A DNA stretch of 64,000 nucleotides from positions 2,528,001-2,592,000 of the forward strand of contig OY970368.1 in the NCBI GenBank assembly GCA_963718615.1. Reading direction: 5' to 3'. The position numbers were made by a program, and so were the translations under genes. Positions 22,916-33,275 of the stretch are shown here, piece by piece (position 1 is the first letter of the stretch; each line of letters opens with the position of its first letter). The DNA is from an uncultured cyanobacterium (lineage in GTDB: Bacteria > Cyanobacteriota > Cyanobacteriia > PCC-9006 > JAAUQQ01). Under the pieces are notes generated by a model. That model was given only the letters and a program-made list of their open reading frames with translations, had not been told where the DNA came from and searched no databases.

Positions 22916-25231
22916 ATGAAAAAACTGCAAAATATTTTTGGATCTTCCTCGACTTCGTCGAATTCGGGAGAAAAGACCTCGGGCTTGGGCACGTTTGGCG
23001 GGGTTTATACGCCTTCGATTCTGACGATTCTGGGGGTGATCATGTATCTCCGGTTTGGTTGGGTCGTCGGCCAAGTGGGCTTAGTCGGGACGTTGCTCAT
23101 TGTCACTTTGGCCACCAGCATTACGTTTTTGACGGGGTTATCGATCTCAGAAATTGCGACGGATCGGGTGGTGCGGGCCGGGGGAGCCTATTACATGATC
23201 AGCCGCTCCCTGGGGATTGAGGTGGGCGGGGCCGTGGGCATCCCGCTGTACATTGCCCAGACGCTTTCGGTGGGGCTCTATGTGATTGGCTTTGCGGAGA
23301 GCATGATGGACTTCGGGGGCTGGCTGTTGGCGGCCTATCCGGCCCAGATGCAGCCTCTGGTGACAGCGGTTCAAACCGCTTTGCCCCTGGCGCTGGCCCA
23401 GGATTTACCGCTGCTGACGCAAAAGCTGGTGGGTCTGGTAACGGCGGTAGTGGTGGCAGGGGTTGCCATTCAGTCAGCGGCGTTTGCGGTCAAGATTCAG
23501 TATGGAATTATGGCGGCGATCGCCCTCTCGTTGCTCTCGTTTTTCGCTGGACATCCCGTTACCCCAGCCCCGGAGGCGGTAGAGGCGATCGCCCAGCCCC
23601 GCGAATCCTTTTGGGCGGTCTTTGCGGTTTTCTTCCCAGCAGTCACGGGCATCATGTCCGGCGTGGGCATGTCGGGAGACCTAAAAAACCCTAGCCGATC
23701 AATTCCTACGGGGACCTTGGCCGCCGTGGGGACAGGGTATTTCATCTATATGCTGATTCCGATTTTTCTGGCGCGCTGGGCTGATTCCGGCACGCTCTTA
23801 GTAGAATCCTTTGTTATGCAGCGCATGGCGCTTTGGGGCTGGGCGATTTTGCTGGGGGTTTGGGGTGCGACGCTATCGAGTGCCTTGGGTAGCATTCTGG
23901 GGGCTCCTCGGGTGTTGCAGGCGTTGGCGCGCGATCGCGTTTTGCCCCAGTCTCTCCGGTGGCTTGGGAATGGCCATGGCCCCGCCGATGAACCCCGTGT
24001 GGGCACTGTCATTACCCTGGGCGTGGTGTTACTAGCGGTGGCCTTTGGCGATCTGAATATTCTGGCCCCAATTCTGACGATGTTTTTCCTCACCACCTAC
24101 ATGGTGCTCAACGTCGCTGCCGGCCTGGAAAACTTTCTCAAAAGTCCGTCGTTTCGGCCTACCTTTCGGGTGCATTGGTCCCTGTCGCTGTTGGGAGCCT
24201 TGGGCTGTGTGGCGGTGATGTTTTTGATTAATTCCATCGCGACGATTTTGGCAGCACTGATTGTCTTAGGTGTTTTTCTCTGGCTTAAACAGCAGGAAAT
24301 CCAAAGTGCTTGGGGGGATGTGGGACGGGGGATTTGGTTGGCGATCGTGCGGCTAGGCATTCTCAAGTTGGGAGCACAGCCCCACACGGATGCCCGCAAC
24401 TGGCGACCTCATTTTCTGGTTTTATCTGGCATTCCCACCCGACGCTGGCCCCTGATTGAGATGGCCTCAGCCCTGACTCACAATCGCGGTCTCATTACCG
24501 TCGCCAGCATTTTGCCCAGCGGCTCGCGCAGCCTAGACCAGCAGCGCACCTCAGAGTCGATGATTCGGAACTACATGGAACAGCGGGGCGTGGAAGGTCT
24601 GGTGCGGTTGACGATGGCCGAAGATACCTTTGTGGGTGCAGAGCAGTTGGTCCAAACCTATGGCTTGGGTCCGCTGGTGCCCAATACGGTGTTGTTGGGA
24701 GCCTCCCAGGAAACCGACCGGCTGGAGCGTTATTGCGCCATGGTGAGCAATTTTTATCAGGCACAACGCAATATTCTGATTTTGCAAGACAATCCAGAAC
24801 GGGGCTTTGGCCAATGTCGCCGGATTGATGTCTGGGTGAGCGAACTGCAAAACAATGGCGGATTCAAGCTGATTTTGGCCCATTTGCTCCAGACCAGCGA
24901 GACCTGGCGCGATGCCGAAATTATGCTCAAGCTGGTCGTGCCCACCCACACTGCCAAACAGCCTGCACGGGAAAATCTCCAGGGATTGCTCCAACGATTT
25001 CGCATTTTGGCCCAGCCTCAGATTTTCGTGGCGGGGAATTCCAGCTTTGACAGTATTTTTCAGGACTCATCGCGAGATGCTGACTTGATTTTGCTGGGGC
25101 TTGCTCCCCCCGATCGCGGTTTGCAAGCCTCCTATCAACGGGTACAGGCCATGACCCAGGGATTGCCCACAGCGCTGTTTGTGCTCAACTCTCCAGACTT
25201 TGCCTCCCGAGAAATTCTAGAGTCGAGCTAG
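22916..25231 (+). CDS. Cation-chloride cotransporter (SLC12-like, APC superfamily)
   Basis: LGTFGGVYTPSILTILGVIMYLR, GGAYYMISRSLG, FFPAVTGIMSG, NWRP, large cytoplasmic C-terminal domain. Confidence 0.88.
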   Translation: MKKLQNIFGSSSTSSNSGEKTSGLGTFGGVYTPSILTILGVIMYLRFGWVVGQVGLVGTLLIVTLATSITFLTGLSISEIATDRVVRAGGAYYMISRSLGIEVGGAVGIPLYIAQTLSVGLYVIGFAESMMDFGGWLLAAYPAQMQPLVTAVQTALPLALAQDLPLLTQKLVGLVTAVVVAGVAIQSAAFAVKIQYGIMAAIALSLLSFFAGHPVTPAPEAVEAIAQPRESFWAVFAVFFPAVTGIMSGVGMSGDLKNPSRSIPTGTLAAVGTGYFIYMLIPIFLARWADSGTLLVESFVMQRMALWGWAILLGVWGATLSSALGSILGAPRVLQALARDRVLPQSLRWLGNGHGPADEPRVGTVITLGVVLLAVAFGDLNILAPILTMFFLTTYMVLNVAAGLENFLKSPSFRPTFRVHWSLSLLGALGCVAVMFLINSIATILAALIVLGVFLWLKQQEIQSAWGDVGRGIWLAIVRLGILKLGAQPHTDARNWRPHFLVLSGIPTRRWPLIEMASALTHNRGLITVASILPSGSRSLDQQRTSESMIRNYMEQRGVEGLVRLTMAEDTFVGAEQLVQTYGLGPLVPNTVLLGASQETDRLERYCAMVSNFYQAQRNILILQDNPERGFGQCRRIDVWVSELQNNGGFKLILAHLLQTSETWRDAEIMLKLVVPTHTAKQPARENLQGLLQRFRILAQPQIFVAGNSSFDSIFQDSSRDADLILLGLAPPDRGLQASYQRVQAMTQGLPTALFVLNSPDFASREILESS

Positions 25232-25428
25232 GATTGAGCCAGGAGTCCAGCCGCCTGGGGGGCATGACCCCTGACTCCCGTTGCCCCTGGCGATCGCAGG
25301 AATGTTCTTTGCTACGTTGACGAGGCGAGGTTGATTGCCCCGGTTCCCTAGCTCTATCCAAGTTTTCCAATTCCGCTAGATTTTCCCGATCACCCGTCCA
25401 CCTCACCGCTTGACCTCAAATACCCCCT

Positions 25429-26004
25429 ATGATTCGAACGGTCCATGGTTATGATGAAACCGATCGCCTGCTTGAAAGCTGGGCCACAAGCCATCCCCAT
25501 CTCGACCTCTCATCCAAAGAAGTCATGCTGCGGCTTCAAGTCTTAGCCGATCATCTCGAAGCCTTAGCGATGCCGAGTCTAGAACGCTTTGGCCTTAAGC
25601 CCAGTTGGTTTGCGCTGCTGTCGGAGTTGCAACAAAGCGGTCCACCTTTTACGCGATCGCCCGGTCAACTCACCGAATCCCTCGGTCTAACCTCGGGGGG
25701 CACCACGAATTTGCTCGACCGTACCGAAGCCGCTGGCTTTATTCAGCGTTATCCTGACCCGCGCGATCGCCGAGGGGTGGTCGTCCAACTCACCGCTGCC
25801 GGTCAAGCGGCCCTCGAATCGACCCTGGTTTTGCAAGCCCAGCAGGAACAGGTGTTGCTCAAGTCCCTGTCTCAACGGGAGCGGGCCAGCTTAACCCAAA
25901 TCTTGCGTAAGCTGCTGCGGGCAGCGGAGGCTGAATTGGCGAATACTGAATTTGTAAAGGCTGAATTTAAGGCCGAATTTACAGAAATCTCCCTCAGCGC
26001 CTGA
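25429..26004 (+). CDS. MarR-family regulator
   Basis: LTSGGTTNLLDR.E.AGFIQR.PDPRDRRGVVVQLT. Confidence 0.92.
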   Translation: MIRTVHGYDETDRLLESWATSHPHLDLSSKEVMLRLQVLADHLEALAMPSLERFGLKPSWFALLSELQQSGPPFTRSPGQLTESLGLTSGGTTNLLDRTEAAGFIQRYPDPRDRRGVVVQLTAAGQAALESTLVLQAQQEQVLLKSLSQRERASLTQILRKLLRAAEAELANTEFVKAEFKAEFTEISLSA

Positions 26005-26076
26005 GCCAGACCCTGCATAAACGCCCAGGGGCAGGACGTAATAACCCTCAGAAGGTTAGCAACACCCTGCCCCACC

Positions 26077-26220
26077 ATGAACAAGCTCTTCACCGCAATC
26101 CTCTTGACCTTGGCCTTGATCAGCTACCGCACTGTTCTTGCAGGCGACCAGCCCGGTGGCTATAACTCCCGAGGCGATCGCCTAGCCGCTTCCATGATGT
26201 TGCTGGATTCTTCCCGCTGA
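26077..26220 (+). CDS. Small 47-aa putative secreted peptide (not in ORF track)
   Basis: MNKLFTAILLTLALISYRTVLA|GDQPGGYNSRGDRLAASMMLLDSSR*; Sec-signal-like N-terminus. Confidence 0.45.
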   Translation: MNKLFTAILLTLALISYRTVLAGDQPGGYNSRGDRLAASMMLLDSSR

Positions 26221-26241
26221 ATGCTCCTGGCTCAATGCTTG

Positions 26242-26427
26242 TCAGCGGTCCGATTGCTCCCTCTCCGTTAGCGGTGCGAGATAAACCATCAAACCGACTC
26301 CATAGCCCAGCAGCAGCCCCGCAAATCCAAGGGTGCCCAGGCCCAGCCAGAGGCAATAGCCTAAGATCAAGCTTCCCAATCCCACCCATGCCAAGATTAA
26401 GGCATCCTCTAAATTAGAATCCGTCAT
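26242..26427 (-). CDS. Small 2-TM hypothetical protein
   Basis: MTDSNLEDALILAWVGLG..., strongly hydrophobic. Confidence 0.5.
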   Translation of the reverse strand: MTDSNLEDALILAWVGLGSLILGYCLWLGLGTLGFAGLLLGYGVGLMVYLAPLTEREQSDR

Positions 26428-26585
26428 TATGAAGTTGTGCACAGCTGAGTTGACCCCCAAATGAGGGGGAATGGCTAAAACTAGAATGACCGGGGCTGTG
26501 CCCTAACGCCTCAATGGATCTAACCAAGTCTGAGAATCGGTCGGTCGTCTGTAGGCGTAAGTTTATGGATGTGGTTTCTCAGAGC

Positions 26586-26810
26586 TCAGTTTTCCTGATT
26601 TTCCTTATCCCGATAAAAACGAGCGGAACTGCGGGTCCAAACCGTGGCAAAGGTGATAAAGGGCAGTAGCGTAAACACGGCCCCCGCAACGAGCGCATGC
26701 TCCCGTAGCCATAGATTGGACATCATCGCCCCAATTCCAAGACCGCAGTAAATTAACCCAGCGACGGGAATGCCGATGATCAGCGCCGCCATTTTGTCAT
26801 TATCGTCCAT
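26586..26810 (-). CDS. Small 2-TM hypothetical protein
   Basis: MDDNDKMAALIIGIPVAGLIYC...; two hydrophobic helices and a charged tail. Confidence 0.65.
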   Translation of the reverse strand: MDDNDKMAALIIGIPVAGLIYCGLGIGAMMSNLWLREHALVAGAVFTLLPFITFATVWTRSSARFYRDKENQEN

Positions 26811-26914
26811 GGAATGTCCTTGAGTAGGGCTTGTTTCACCCGCATATATCACCAGAATAGACGAACTCCTATGATGGATAGCAGTTCACCCATAGTTCTC
26901 GAACGGATTGCAAC

Positions 26915-28069
26915 GTGGCAGACCAACAGACAACGGATATTTTGATCCTGGGAGGAGGACTCGCGGGGTTGGCGATCGCCCTCGAACTCCAACTCAGGGG
27001 CGCAACCGTCACCGTCCTTAGCCGCCACCACCCCGAAGCCGCTGCCTATGTTGCCGCAGGTATGCTTGCCCCCCAAGCTGAAAAGCTCACCGGACCGATG
27101 CAAACGCTGTGTCTGCGCAGTCGTGCCCTTTATCCGGAGTGGGTAACCCAGCTTGAATCCGATACTGGCCTGAACACAGGCTATTGGCCGAGTGGTATTC
27201 TTAACCCGGTCTATGCGGCGGATGCCGCTTTTGCTGATACCGCTTCGGCTAATGCCTCTGGCGACACCCCCGCCGAATGGCTCGATGCCCAGGCCATCCA
27301 GCAGCAGCAGCCAGGGTTAAGCCAAGAGGTGATTGGGGGATGGTGGTTCCCCAAGGATGGTCAAGTGGATAACCGGCGTCAGCTCATTGCAGCCCTGCGA
27401 CAGGCTTGCCACCAGGCCGGTGTGCAATGGCGAGAAGGGGTGAATGTAGAGCAATTGGAGATTGCAACAGGGGACTCAGCCCAGCCCAGGATCCAGGCTG
27501 TAACCACAGCCCAAGGCCATTTTAGGGCTGACCACTATGTTCTTGCCACGGGCGCTTGGTCCGGTCAGTTCCTCAATTTACCGGTTTTTCCACGCAAGGG
27601 ACAAATGCTGTCTGTGAGAGTGGTAGATTGTGATCAACGTCAACCGCTAAAGCAGGTTTTGTATGGCGATCGCATCTACATTGTGCCCCGTCGTGACGGC
27701 CTCATCGTATTAGGTGCAACGGTTGAAGACGTTGCCTTTACACCTCACAATACACCGCAAGGAATCCATCAGCTTTTAACCGAAGCAATCCGCCTCTATC
27801 CCCAAATTCAGGATTTTCCCATCGAGGAAATGTGGTGGGGATATCGACCGGCAACCCCTGACGAATTGCCTATTTTAGGCCCTAGCGAGTTTGCGAACCT
27901 CACCCTCGCCACCGGATATTATCGCAATGGCATCTTGTTAGCTCCAATCACTGCCAAGCTTCTCAGTGATTGGATTCTAGCAGGAAAAACCGATCCCTTA
28001 TTACCGCATTTTCGGTGGGATCGGTTTGGTTCTATGAGAAACACAACTCTATCCGTCAAGCAAGATTAA
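26915..28069 (+). CDS. thiO: Glycine oxidase ThiO (stand-alone, not fused to ThiG)
   Basis: GGGLAGL FAD motif, AAGMLAP, GYRPATPD, GYYRNGILLAP. Confidence 0.9.
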   Translation: MADQQTTDILILGGGLAGLAIALELQLRGATVTVLSRHHPEAAAYVAAGMLAPQAEKLTGPMQTLCLRSRALYPEWVTQLESDTGLNTGYWPSGILNPVYAADAAFADTASANASGDTPAEWLDAQAIQQQQPGLSQEVIGGWWFPKDGQVDNRRQLIAALRQACHQAGVQWREGVNVEQLEIATGDSAQPRIQAVTTAQGHFRADHYVLATGAWSGQFLNLPVFPRKGQMLSVRVVDCDQRQPLKQVLYGDRIYIVPRRDGLIVLGATVEDVAFTPHNTPQGIHQLLTEAIRLYPQIQDFPIEEMWWGYRPATPDELPILGPSEFANLTLATGYYRNGILLAPITAKLLSDWILAGKTDPLLPHFRWDRFGSMRNTTLSVKQD

Positions 28070-28512
28070 GCGGCATCAACAGATACCTTAACGAGCTTTT
28101 GCTTGACATCCTCAGTTTTGGGCAATGTGAGCGAGAGAATACCATCATGGTAAGCGGCTTTAACAGCGGTATTTTGGATGGGACTCGGTAATGGAATCAC
28201 TCGCTGAAACTTGCCATAGCGAAACTCAGTTCGGGCAAAGCCATTTTCTTCGGTTTTAGTTTCCGACTTGCGTTCACCGCTAATGGAAACCGTATCTTTG
28301 CCAACTTGAATATCCAAGTCTTCTGCTTGCATGCCGGGAACTTCCAGCTTAAGCAGAAACGCTTCATCGGTTTCCTCAAGCTCAGCGGCTGGCGTAAATG
28401 CCGTTGCCAATGAGTTTCCACTGGAAACAGTCATCCATTGATCAAAGAGACGATTCATTTCCCGTTGCATAGTATCAATTCCACGGAACGGTTCCCAACG
28501 AACAAGAGACAT
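28066..28512 (-). CDS. hspA: Small heat-shock protein Hsp20
   Basis: MSLVRWEPFR, EFRYGKFQRVIPLP, YHDGILSLTLPK. Confidence 0.9.
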   Translation of the reverse strand: MSLVRWEPFRGIDTMQREMNRLFDQWMTVSSGNSLATAFTPAAELEETDEAFLLKLEVPGMQAEDLDIQVGKDTVSISGERKSETKTEENGFARTEFRYGKFQRVIPLPSPIQNTAVKAAYHDGILSLTLPKTEDVKQKLVKVSVDAA

Positions 28513-28850
28513 AATCAAACCCCCTGTGCGGATGTGTTTTCACTGATGATGTTGTTCTTTGGCCTAGGTTTCTACAGGCTAGATTTCTATAGCCTGGAAA
28601 ACCTATTGCCTTTGGTTCTACCGTACTCGCTCAGTTAGAAAATAGAGTTCGGTTTTAGGAACAGAAAGACTGGGGTTTACCGACTATTTTCTCAAACCGA
28701 GCCATCGCCTCAAAACGACTTGAAAATTTGTTTTTTGTTTTAAGAATTCAAGAGGGCGGTTGCTACGACTTTGAGGATTCGGTTTACTGGGCTGTTGCTT
28801 TGAGGAGCGCGATCGCACCATAGAGACATCAACCGCAAGAGGTTACCGGC

Positions 28851-29372
28851 ATGTCTACATTATTCTGGCAAATTGCTCCCGAACTGGAACTGTTGCGTCG
28901 TCAGGTAGATGAGCTTTTTGGAGAGGCGCATCCCCAGGCCGAAGCCCCTGTTTCCCCCTCGTCACCCGCTCCGGCTGTAACCTGGCAACCCCGCGCGGCA
29001 CTCCATCGCTTCACCGACCGCTACGTGCTGCAAATTCAAATTCCCGGCGTAGACTCCAAGGGCTTAGATATCGAAGCGACTCGCGATCGCATCGTTGTTA
29101 AAGGCGATCGCCCTGCACCCCAGATGGAAAGCGCAAAAACAGTTCATTCTGAATTTCGCTATGGCCGATTTGAGCGTCTCTTCCAACTCCCCGAAGAAAT
29201 TGACAACCAGGCTGTCACGGCGAGTTATGAGCAGGGTCTGTTGACCCTAACGCTGCCCAAACTATCTGCGGTTCCGAATGCGGTGGTGAAGGTCTCTTTA
29301 GAACCCAATGTAGCCTCAGCAGAATCCACAGAATCCTCAGATTCAGCAGAGTCTACAGAGTCAGTTTGGTAA
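28851..29372 (+). CDS. Second Hsp20, divergently transcribed
   Basis: SEFRYGRFERLFQLP, YEQGLLTLTLPK; repeat-derived ESTESSDSAESTES tail. Confidence 0.9.
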   Translation: MSTLFWQIAPELELLRRQVDELFGEAHPQAEAPVSPSSPAPAVTWQPRAALHRFTDRYVLQIQIPGVDSKGLDIEATRDRIVVKGDRPAPQMESAKTVHSEFRYGRFERLFQLPEEIDNQAVTASYEQGLLTLTLPKLSAVPNAVVKVSLEPNVASAESTESSDSAESTESVW

Positions 29373-29435
29373 GACAAATCGTGAATTTTAAGGTCTGTTG
29401 TTGGTGATTTTGATTTGATTCCTAAGGATTGATAG

Positions 29436-29466
29436 AGGGATAAAGCAATGCTTTATCCCTTTTTTT
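29436..29466 (+). terminator. Intrinsic terminator
   Basis: agggataaagc-aat-gctttatccct followed by T6. Confidence 0.85.
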
Positions 29467-29534
29467 ACTCGATTTTTCTAGACTTGCCTAGACTTTTCTA
29501 GATTATTTTGACTCATGTTAGTGCCCTCCAGGCA

Positions 29535-30179
29535 TTAGTGATAAATTACGGTTTGTTCCGCTTCAAAGTTATGTTTGAGCAGGACCGTGGCGATCGCCTG
29601 GGCAATCTTTTCGCCCCCCCGACAGGAGGGTTCAACTGGCGACATATCCGAATAATCGTGAGGTTCATTGCAGGTCAACCGCAGGTCAATTAAGGGTAAC
29701 CCTGCCCAAACCACTTCACGGGTAATACAATCGTTAAACATCGGCAATGTCGTAAAGGCAAGCTGTTTCATGGCCGGATCCTGGAATGGACAACGGTCAT
29801 AAATCGTGCAAATCGTTGTCGGTTTGCGCAGACTGAGCAACTGGTCCAGCATTTCGCTATAGCGACGCTGAAAATTTCCCTTCATCTCCGTAAATCGCTG
29901 CAAGGCATCCACTGAGGTGCGCATGGGAGAATGAACCAACTCCGCCGCTTCCCGCAGGGCATCGTTCCCCCCCACACTGAGAACGAGATGGGTCGCATCC
30001 TCTGGCAGGTTCTGAAGCTGGTCTGCGATCTCGGAAGTTGCACTGCCATCCACTGCCAGCAGAGTGGCTTGCCAATCCCCCCGAAGATGTTGCTGAACCT
30101 GGGTTAGGAGTGTGGGTTCATCATCTACATAGGCGGCATTATCAAACACGGAATCGCCTAGCAGGACTAAGTGTGGCAT
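29535..30179 (-). CDS. SGNH/GDSL hydrolase
   Basis: LLGDSVFDN, SVGGND; the usual catalytic DxxH reads SPVEP. Confidence 0.85.
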   Translation of the reverse strand: MPHLVLLGDSVFDNAAYVDDEPTLLTQVQQHLRGDWQATLLAVDGSATSEIADQLQNLPEDATHLVLSVGGNDALREAAELVHSPMRTSVDALQRFTEMKGNFQRRYSEMLDQLLSLRKPTTICTIYDRCPFQDPAMKQLAFTTLPMFNDCITREVVWAGLPLIDLRLTCNEPHDYSDMSPVEPSCRGGEKIAQAIATVLLKHNFEAEQTVIYH

Positions 30180-30218
30180 GACAGCTCTGACTGAGAAGAA
30201 TGGAGGGCACGAAGTCGC

Positions 30219-31472
30219 CTAGCTTATCATAAGTCGGACGAGCCGGTCCGCTGCACCGGGCTGCCCTCGCACCTGACGGAGGCGATCGCGCATCTCCTCT
30301 AGTTTCTCCGGATGGTCAAGATAGTCTAGGACCTGCTGGGCGATCGCCGTAGGCTCCAGTTTTCCCACCAACTCCGGCACAATCATTTCCCCCGCCCAAA
30401 GGTTGGGCCAAGCCAACAATCCAAGATGATTTAACATCCAAGCATTAATGCCCTTGGCAAATAACGAGCCCACCACCGGTAAATTGGCGAGTAAACCGGG
30501 AATCCCATTCCAAGCCCGCATGGCATCAAGCTGTTGAGTGGGTAACAGCACGATCATGGGAACGGCAAGGGCACCCAGTTCCGCTGTATTGGCCCCAACG
30601 GTGGTAAGACAGAGGGTCGATTGGGTCAGGCGGTCGTAGGCGGGAAAGGCCTGATAAAGCTCGATGGAACAACCGCTGGGGGTCTGAAAATAGGGTTGAC
30701 CTTGCCGTTCCACCAATTTAACCGTGGGACTGCCTAGGGTTTTGACATAGGGATTGAATTCGGCTTGGGCATAACGCAGCAGAGACTCGGGAGTTTGGCT
30801 AGGAGCAACGGGAATAAAGCAGTGCAAGTCGGGGCGCTGCTGGTGGAGTATTTCTGCCACGCTGAGGACAAAGGGCATACCCTGGGTGAGTTTTGCTGCT
30901 TTGGACCCAGCCAACAGACCAATCAGTGGGGAGCGAGCAGGAGAGAAACTGGCGGGTGAAGGCGTGAGGGCCGTTTGGGTATCGGCCATGAGATCACCCA
31001 CAATGGCGCATTTGTACCGATATTTTTCAGGAATTTGAGTCAGGCTTTCAGGGCGACGCAGGGCAAAGCGATCGCTCCACCCCAACCAGCGAGCTTCCCA
31101 TTCCGCATAAATAAGGCTGCCATAGCCTAGCCGCTTGCTAATGATGACGGGGAAAAACTGATCGCCTCCCAGGAAAATGACAACCCCCTGGGAGCGCCAA
31201 TCCCAATTCTCAAAGGTTTTACCCTGGAGCAGGAAAGGCCAAAAGGCGTGAGCGGGTTGGATACGGTCAATTTCGGGATAGTGTTGGGCGATCGCCACTT
31301 CTTGCCCTGAACTGTTGGGACAGGGAGAGAGTACAAGCGAGATACGCACCTGACTCCGGTCTTCCCCGAACTGCCGACGCAAGGCCCGCACCACCGGACG
31401 CACCCAGGTTGAGAGCTCCCCAGGGCCATTGGAAAGAATGAGTAAATCGAGGGGACGATTTAGATCAATCAA
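30219..31472 (-). CDS. Lipid-A-disaccharide synthase (LpxB)-like glycosyltransferase
   Basis: LSNGPGE, VGDLMAD, LLAGSK, TTVGANTAEL, IVPELVG. Confidence 0.8.
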   Translation of the reverse strand: MIDLNRPLDLLILSNGPGELSTWVRPVVRALRRQFGEDRSQVRISLVLSPCPNSSGQEVAIAQHYPEIDRIQPAHAFWPFLLQGKTFENWDWRSQGVVIFLGGDQFFPVIISKRLGYGSLIYAEWEARWLGWSDRFALRRPESLTQIPEKYRYKCAIVGDLMADTQTALTPSPASFSPARSPLIGLLAGSKAAKLTQGMPFVLSVAEILHQQRPDLHCFIPVAPSQTPESLLRYAQAEFNPYVKTLGSPTVKLVERQGQPYFQTPSGCSIELYQAFPAYDRLTQSTLCLTTVGANTAELGALAVPMIVLLPTQQLDAMRAWNGIPGLLANLPVVGSLFAKGINAWMLNHLGLLAWPNLWAGEMIVPELVGKLEPTAIAQQVLDYLDHPEKLEEMRDRLRQVRGQPGAADRLVRLMIS

Positions 31473-31531
31473 ACAGCTTCCAACTCCATGCTAATCAAAA
31501 GGATTCGGTCAACCAGATTCAGTCAAACGCA

Positions 31532-31564
31532 AAAGAGGCCAAAAGCTAAGCTTTTGGCCTCTTT
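31532..31564 (-). terminator. Terminator downstream of tRNA-Leu
   Basis: aaagaggccaaaagc-taa-gcttttggcctcttt. Confidence 0.8.
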
Positions 31565-31573
31565 CACCATTCA

Positions 31574-31654
31574 TGCGGATGGCGAGACTCGAACTCGCAA
31601 GGCATAGCCACACGCCCCTCAAGCGTGCGTGTCTACCAATTCCACCACATCCGC
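31574..31654 (-). tRNA. tRNA-Leu(GAG)
   Basis: Reverse complement GCGGATGTGGTGGAATTGGTAGACACGCACGCTT-GAG-GGGCGTGTGGCTATGCCTTGCGAGTTCGAGTCTCGCCATCCGCA; long variable arm; CCA not encoded. Confidence 0.96.
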
Positions 31655-31917
31655 GCGTCAACGCACCTTAAACTGCTGAACTTCATGAGGATTTAGAAGT
31701 TTGTGCAGTCGGAAAATAGCCCCTGAAGCTCAGGATTAATTTTCGCTTTCCAAGCATAGCCCATATTTTGAAAATTTCAACACTTTTTTGCGGTCTACTG
31801 GAAAAAGTTTTGCAGTTCTTCCAAGGCATTGCCAGATCCTTGCAAGAAAGCCCCCAAGGACATTGGTCCTGCTCCCCTACCGTGGTACGATCGACCACTA
31901 CAATCTACGGGCGGCAC

Positions 31918-33261
31918 ATGGGCTTCTCTAAAATTCTCATTGCGAATCGTGGGGAGATCGCCCTGCGTATCCTGCGGGCTTGCGAGGAGCTCGGCATTGG
32001 GACCATTGCAGTCCACTCTACGGTTGATCGACGGGCCCTGCATGTCCAATTGGCCGATGAAGCAGTCTGTATCGGCGAGGCTCCCTCCAGCAAAAGTTAT
32101 CTCAACATTCCTAATATTATTGCGGCGGCGCTGACCAGAGGCGCGAGTGCAATCCATCCCGGTTATGGGTTTTTGGCAGAGAATGCCAAGTTTGCGGAAA
32201 TTTGTGCCGATCACCAACTCACGTTTATTGGTCCCCGTCCAGAGTCAATTCGGGACATGGGCGACAAGTCTACGGCCAAGCGAACGGTGACCCAGGTTGG
32301 GGTGCCGACGGTGCCCGGTAGTGAAGGATTGGTGGAGGATGAGAAGGAAGCATTGGCGATCGCCAAACAAATGGGCTTCCCCGTCATCGTCAAGGCAACC
32401 GCTGGCGGCGGTGGGCGTGGCATGCGTCTGGTGCGCCAAGAAGATGAAATGACGAAGCTGTTCCTGGCTGCACGGGGCGAAGCGGATGCCGCCTTTGGCA
32501 ATCCTGGACTCTACGTCGAGAAATTTATTGAACGACCCCGCCACGTCGAAATTCAGATCATGGCGGATAGCTATGGCAATGTGGTTCATCTGGGTGAGCG
32601 GGATTGCTCCATCCAGCGGCGTCACCAGAAGCTGTTAGAAGAATCTCCGAGTCCAGCGGTTAGCCCAGAGATGCGCCAACAAATGGGGGATGCAGCGATT
32701 CGGGTTGCAAAGGCGATTAACTATGTGGGTGCCGGAACAATTGAGTTTCTGGTGGACAATCAGGGCAATTTCTACTTCATGGAGATGAACACTCGCGTCC
32801 AAGTAGAACACCCCGTCACGGAAATGGTAACAGGCATCGATATCATTGCCGAGCAAATTCGCGTTGCCCAAGGGGAGCGCCTGCGGATGACTCAGGACGA
32901 AGTGCATATTCGTGGCCATGCGATCGAGTGCCGCATCAATGCCGAGGATCCCAAATACAACTTTCGGCCTGCCCCTGGACGCATTAGCGCCTATCTGCCC
33001 CCCGGTGGCCCCGGTGTGCGGATCGACTCCCATGTGTATACGGACTACGATATTCCCCCCTACTACGATTCGCTGATTGGCAAGCTGATTGTTTGGGGAC
33101 CCGATCGCAACACGGCGATTATTCGGATGCGCCGAGCCCTGCGGGAGTTTGCCATTACTGGATTACCGACGACGATCGGGTTTCATCAAAAAATCCTGGA
33201 AAATCCTGACTTCCTCCGGGGAGATGTCTATACCAACTTTATCGAAACAATGATGGGTTGA
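31918..33261 (+). CDS. accC: Acetyl-CoA carboxylase biotin carboxylase subunit
   Basis: [44 protein letters not shown]. Confidence 0.97.
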   Translation: MGFSKILIANRGEIALRILRACEELGIGTIAVHSTVDRRALHVQLADEAVCIGEAPSSKSYLNIPNIIAAALTRGASAIHPGYGFLAENAKFAEICADHQLTFIGPRPESIRDMGDKSTAKRTVTQVGVPTVPGSEGLVEDEKEALAIAKQMGFPVIVKATAGGGGRGMRLVRQEDEMTKLFLAARGEADAAFGNPGLYVEKFIERPRHVEIQIMADSYGNVVHLGERDCSIQRRHQKLLEESPSPAVSPEMRQQMGDAAIRVAKAINYVGAGTIEFLVDNQGNFYFMEMNTRVQVEHPVTEMVTGIDIIAEQIRVAQGERLRMTQDEVHIRGHAIECRINAEDPKYNFRPAPGRISAYLPPGGPGVRIDSHVYTDYDIPPYYDSLIGKLIVWGPDRNTAIIRMRRALREFAITGLPTTIGFHQKILENPDFLRGDVYTNFIETMMG

Positions 33262-33275
33262 TAATGGGTTAAGGG

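Noticed and set aside
26470-26914. TPP riboswitch upstream of thiO
   Set aside because: A ctgaga occurs near 26530, but the other conserved TPP elements are missing and a small gene intervenes.
31574-31654. tRNA-Leu as an integration site for an island
   Set aside because: No integrase and no duplicated tRNA 3' end seen; the flanking genes are core.
31768-31917. N-terminal extensions in the ORF track (accC; likewise 22850, 36014, 48829, 50257, 51056, 59419)
   Set aside because: Family similarity or the signal peptide begins at downstream ATGs; the extensions are probably untranslated.
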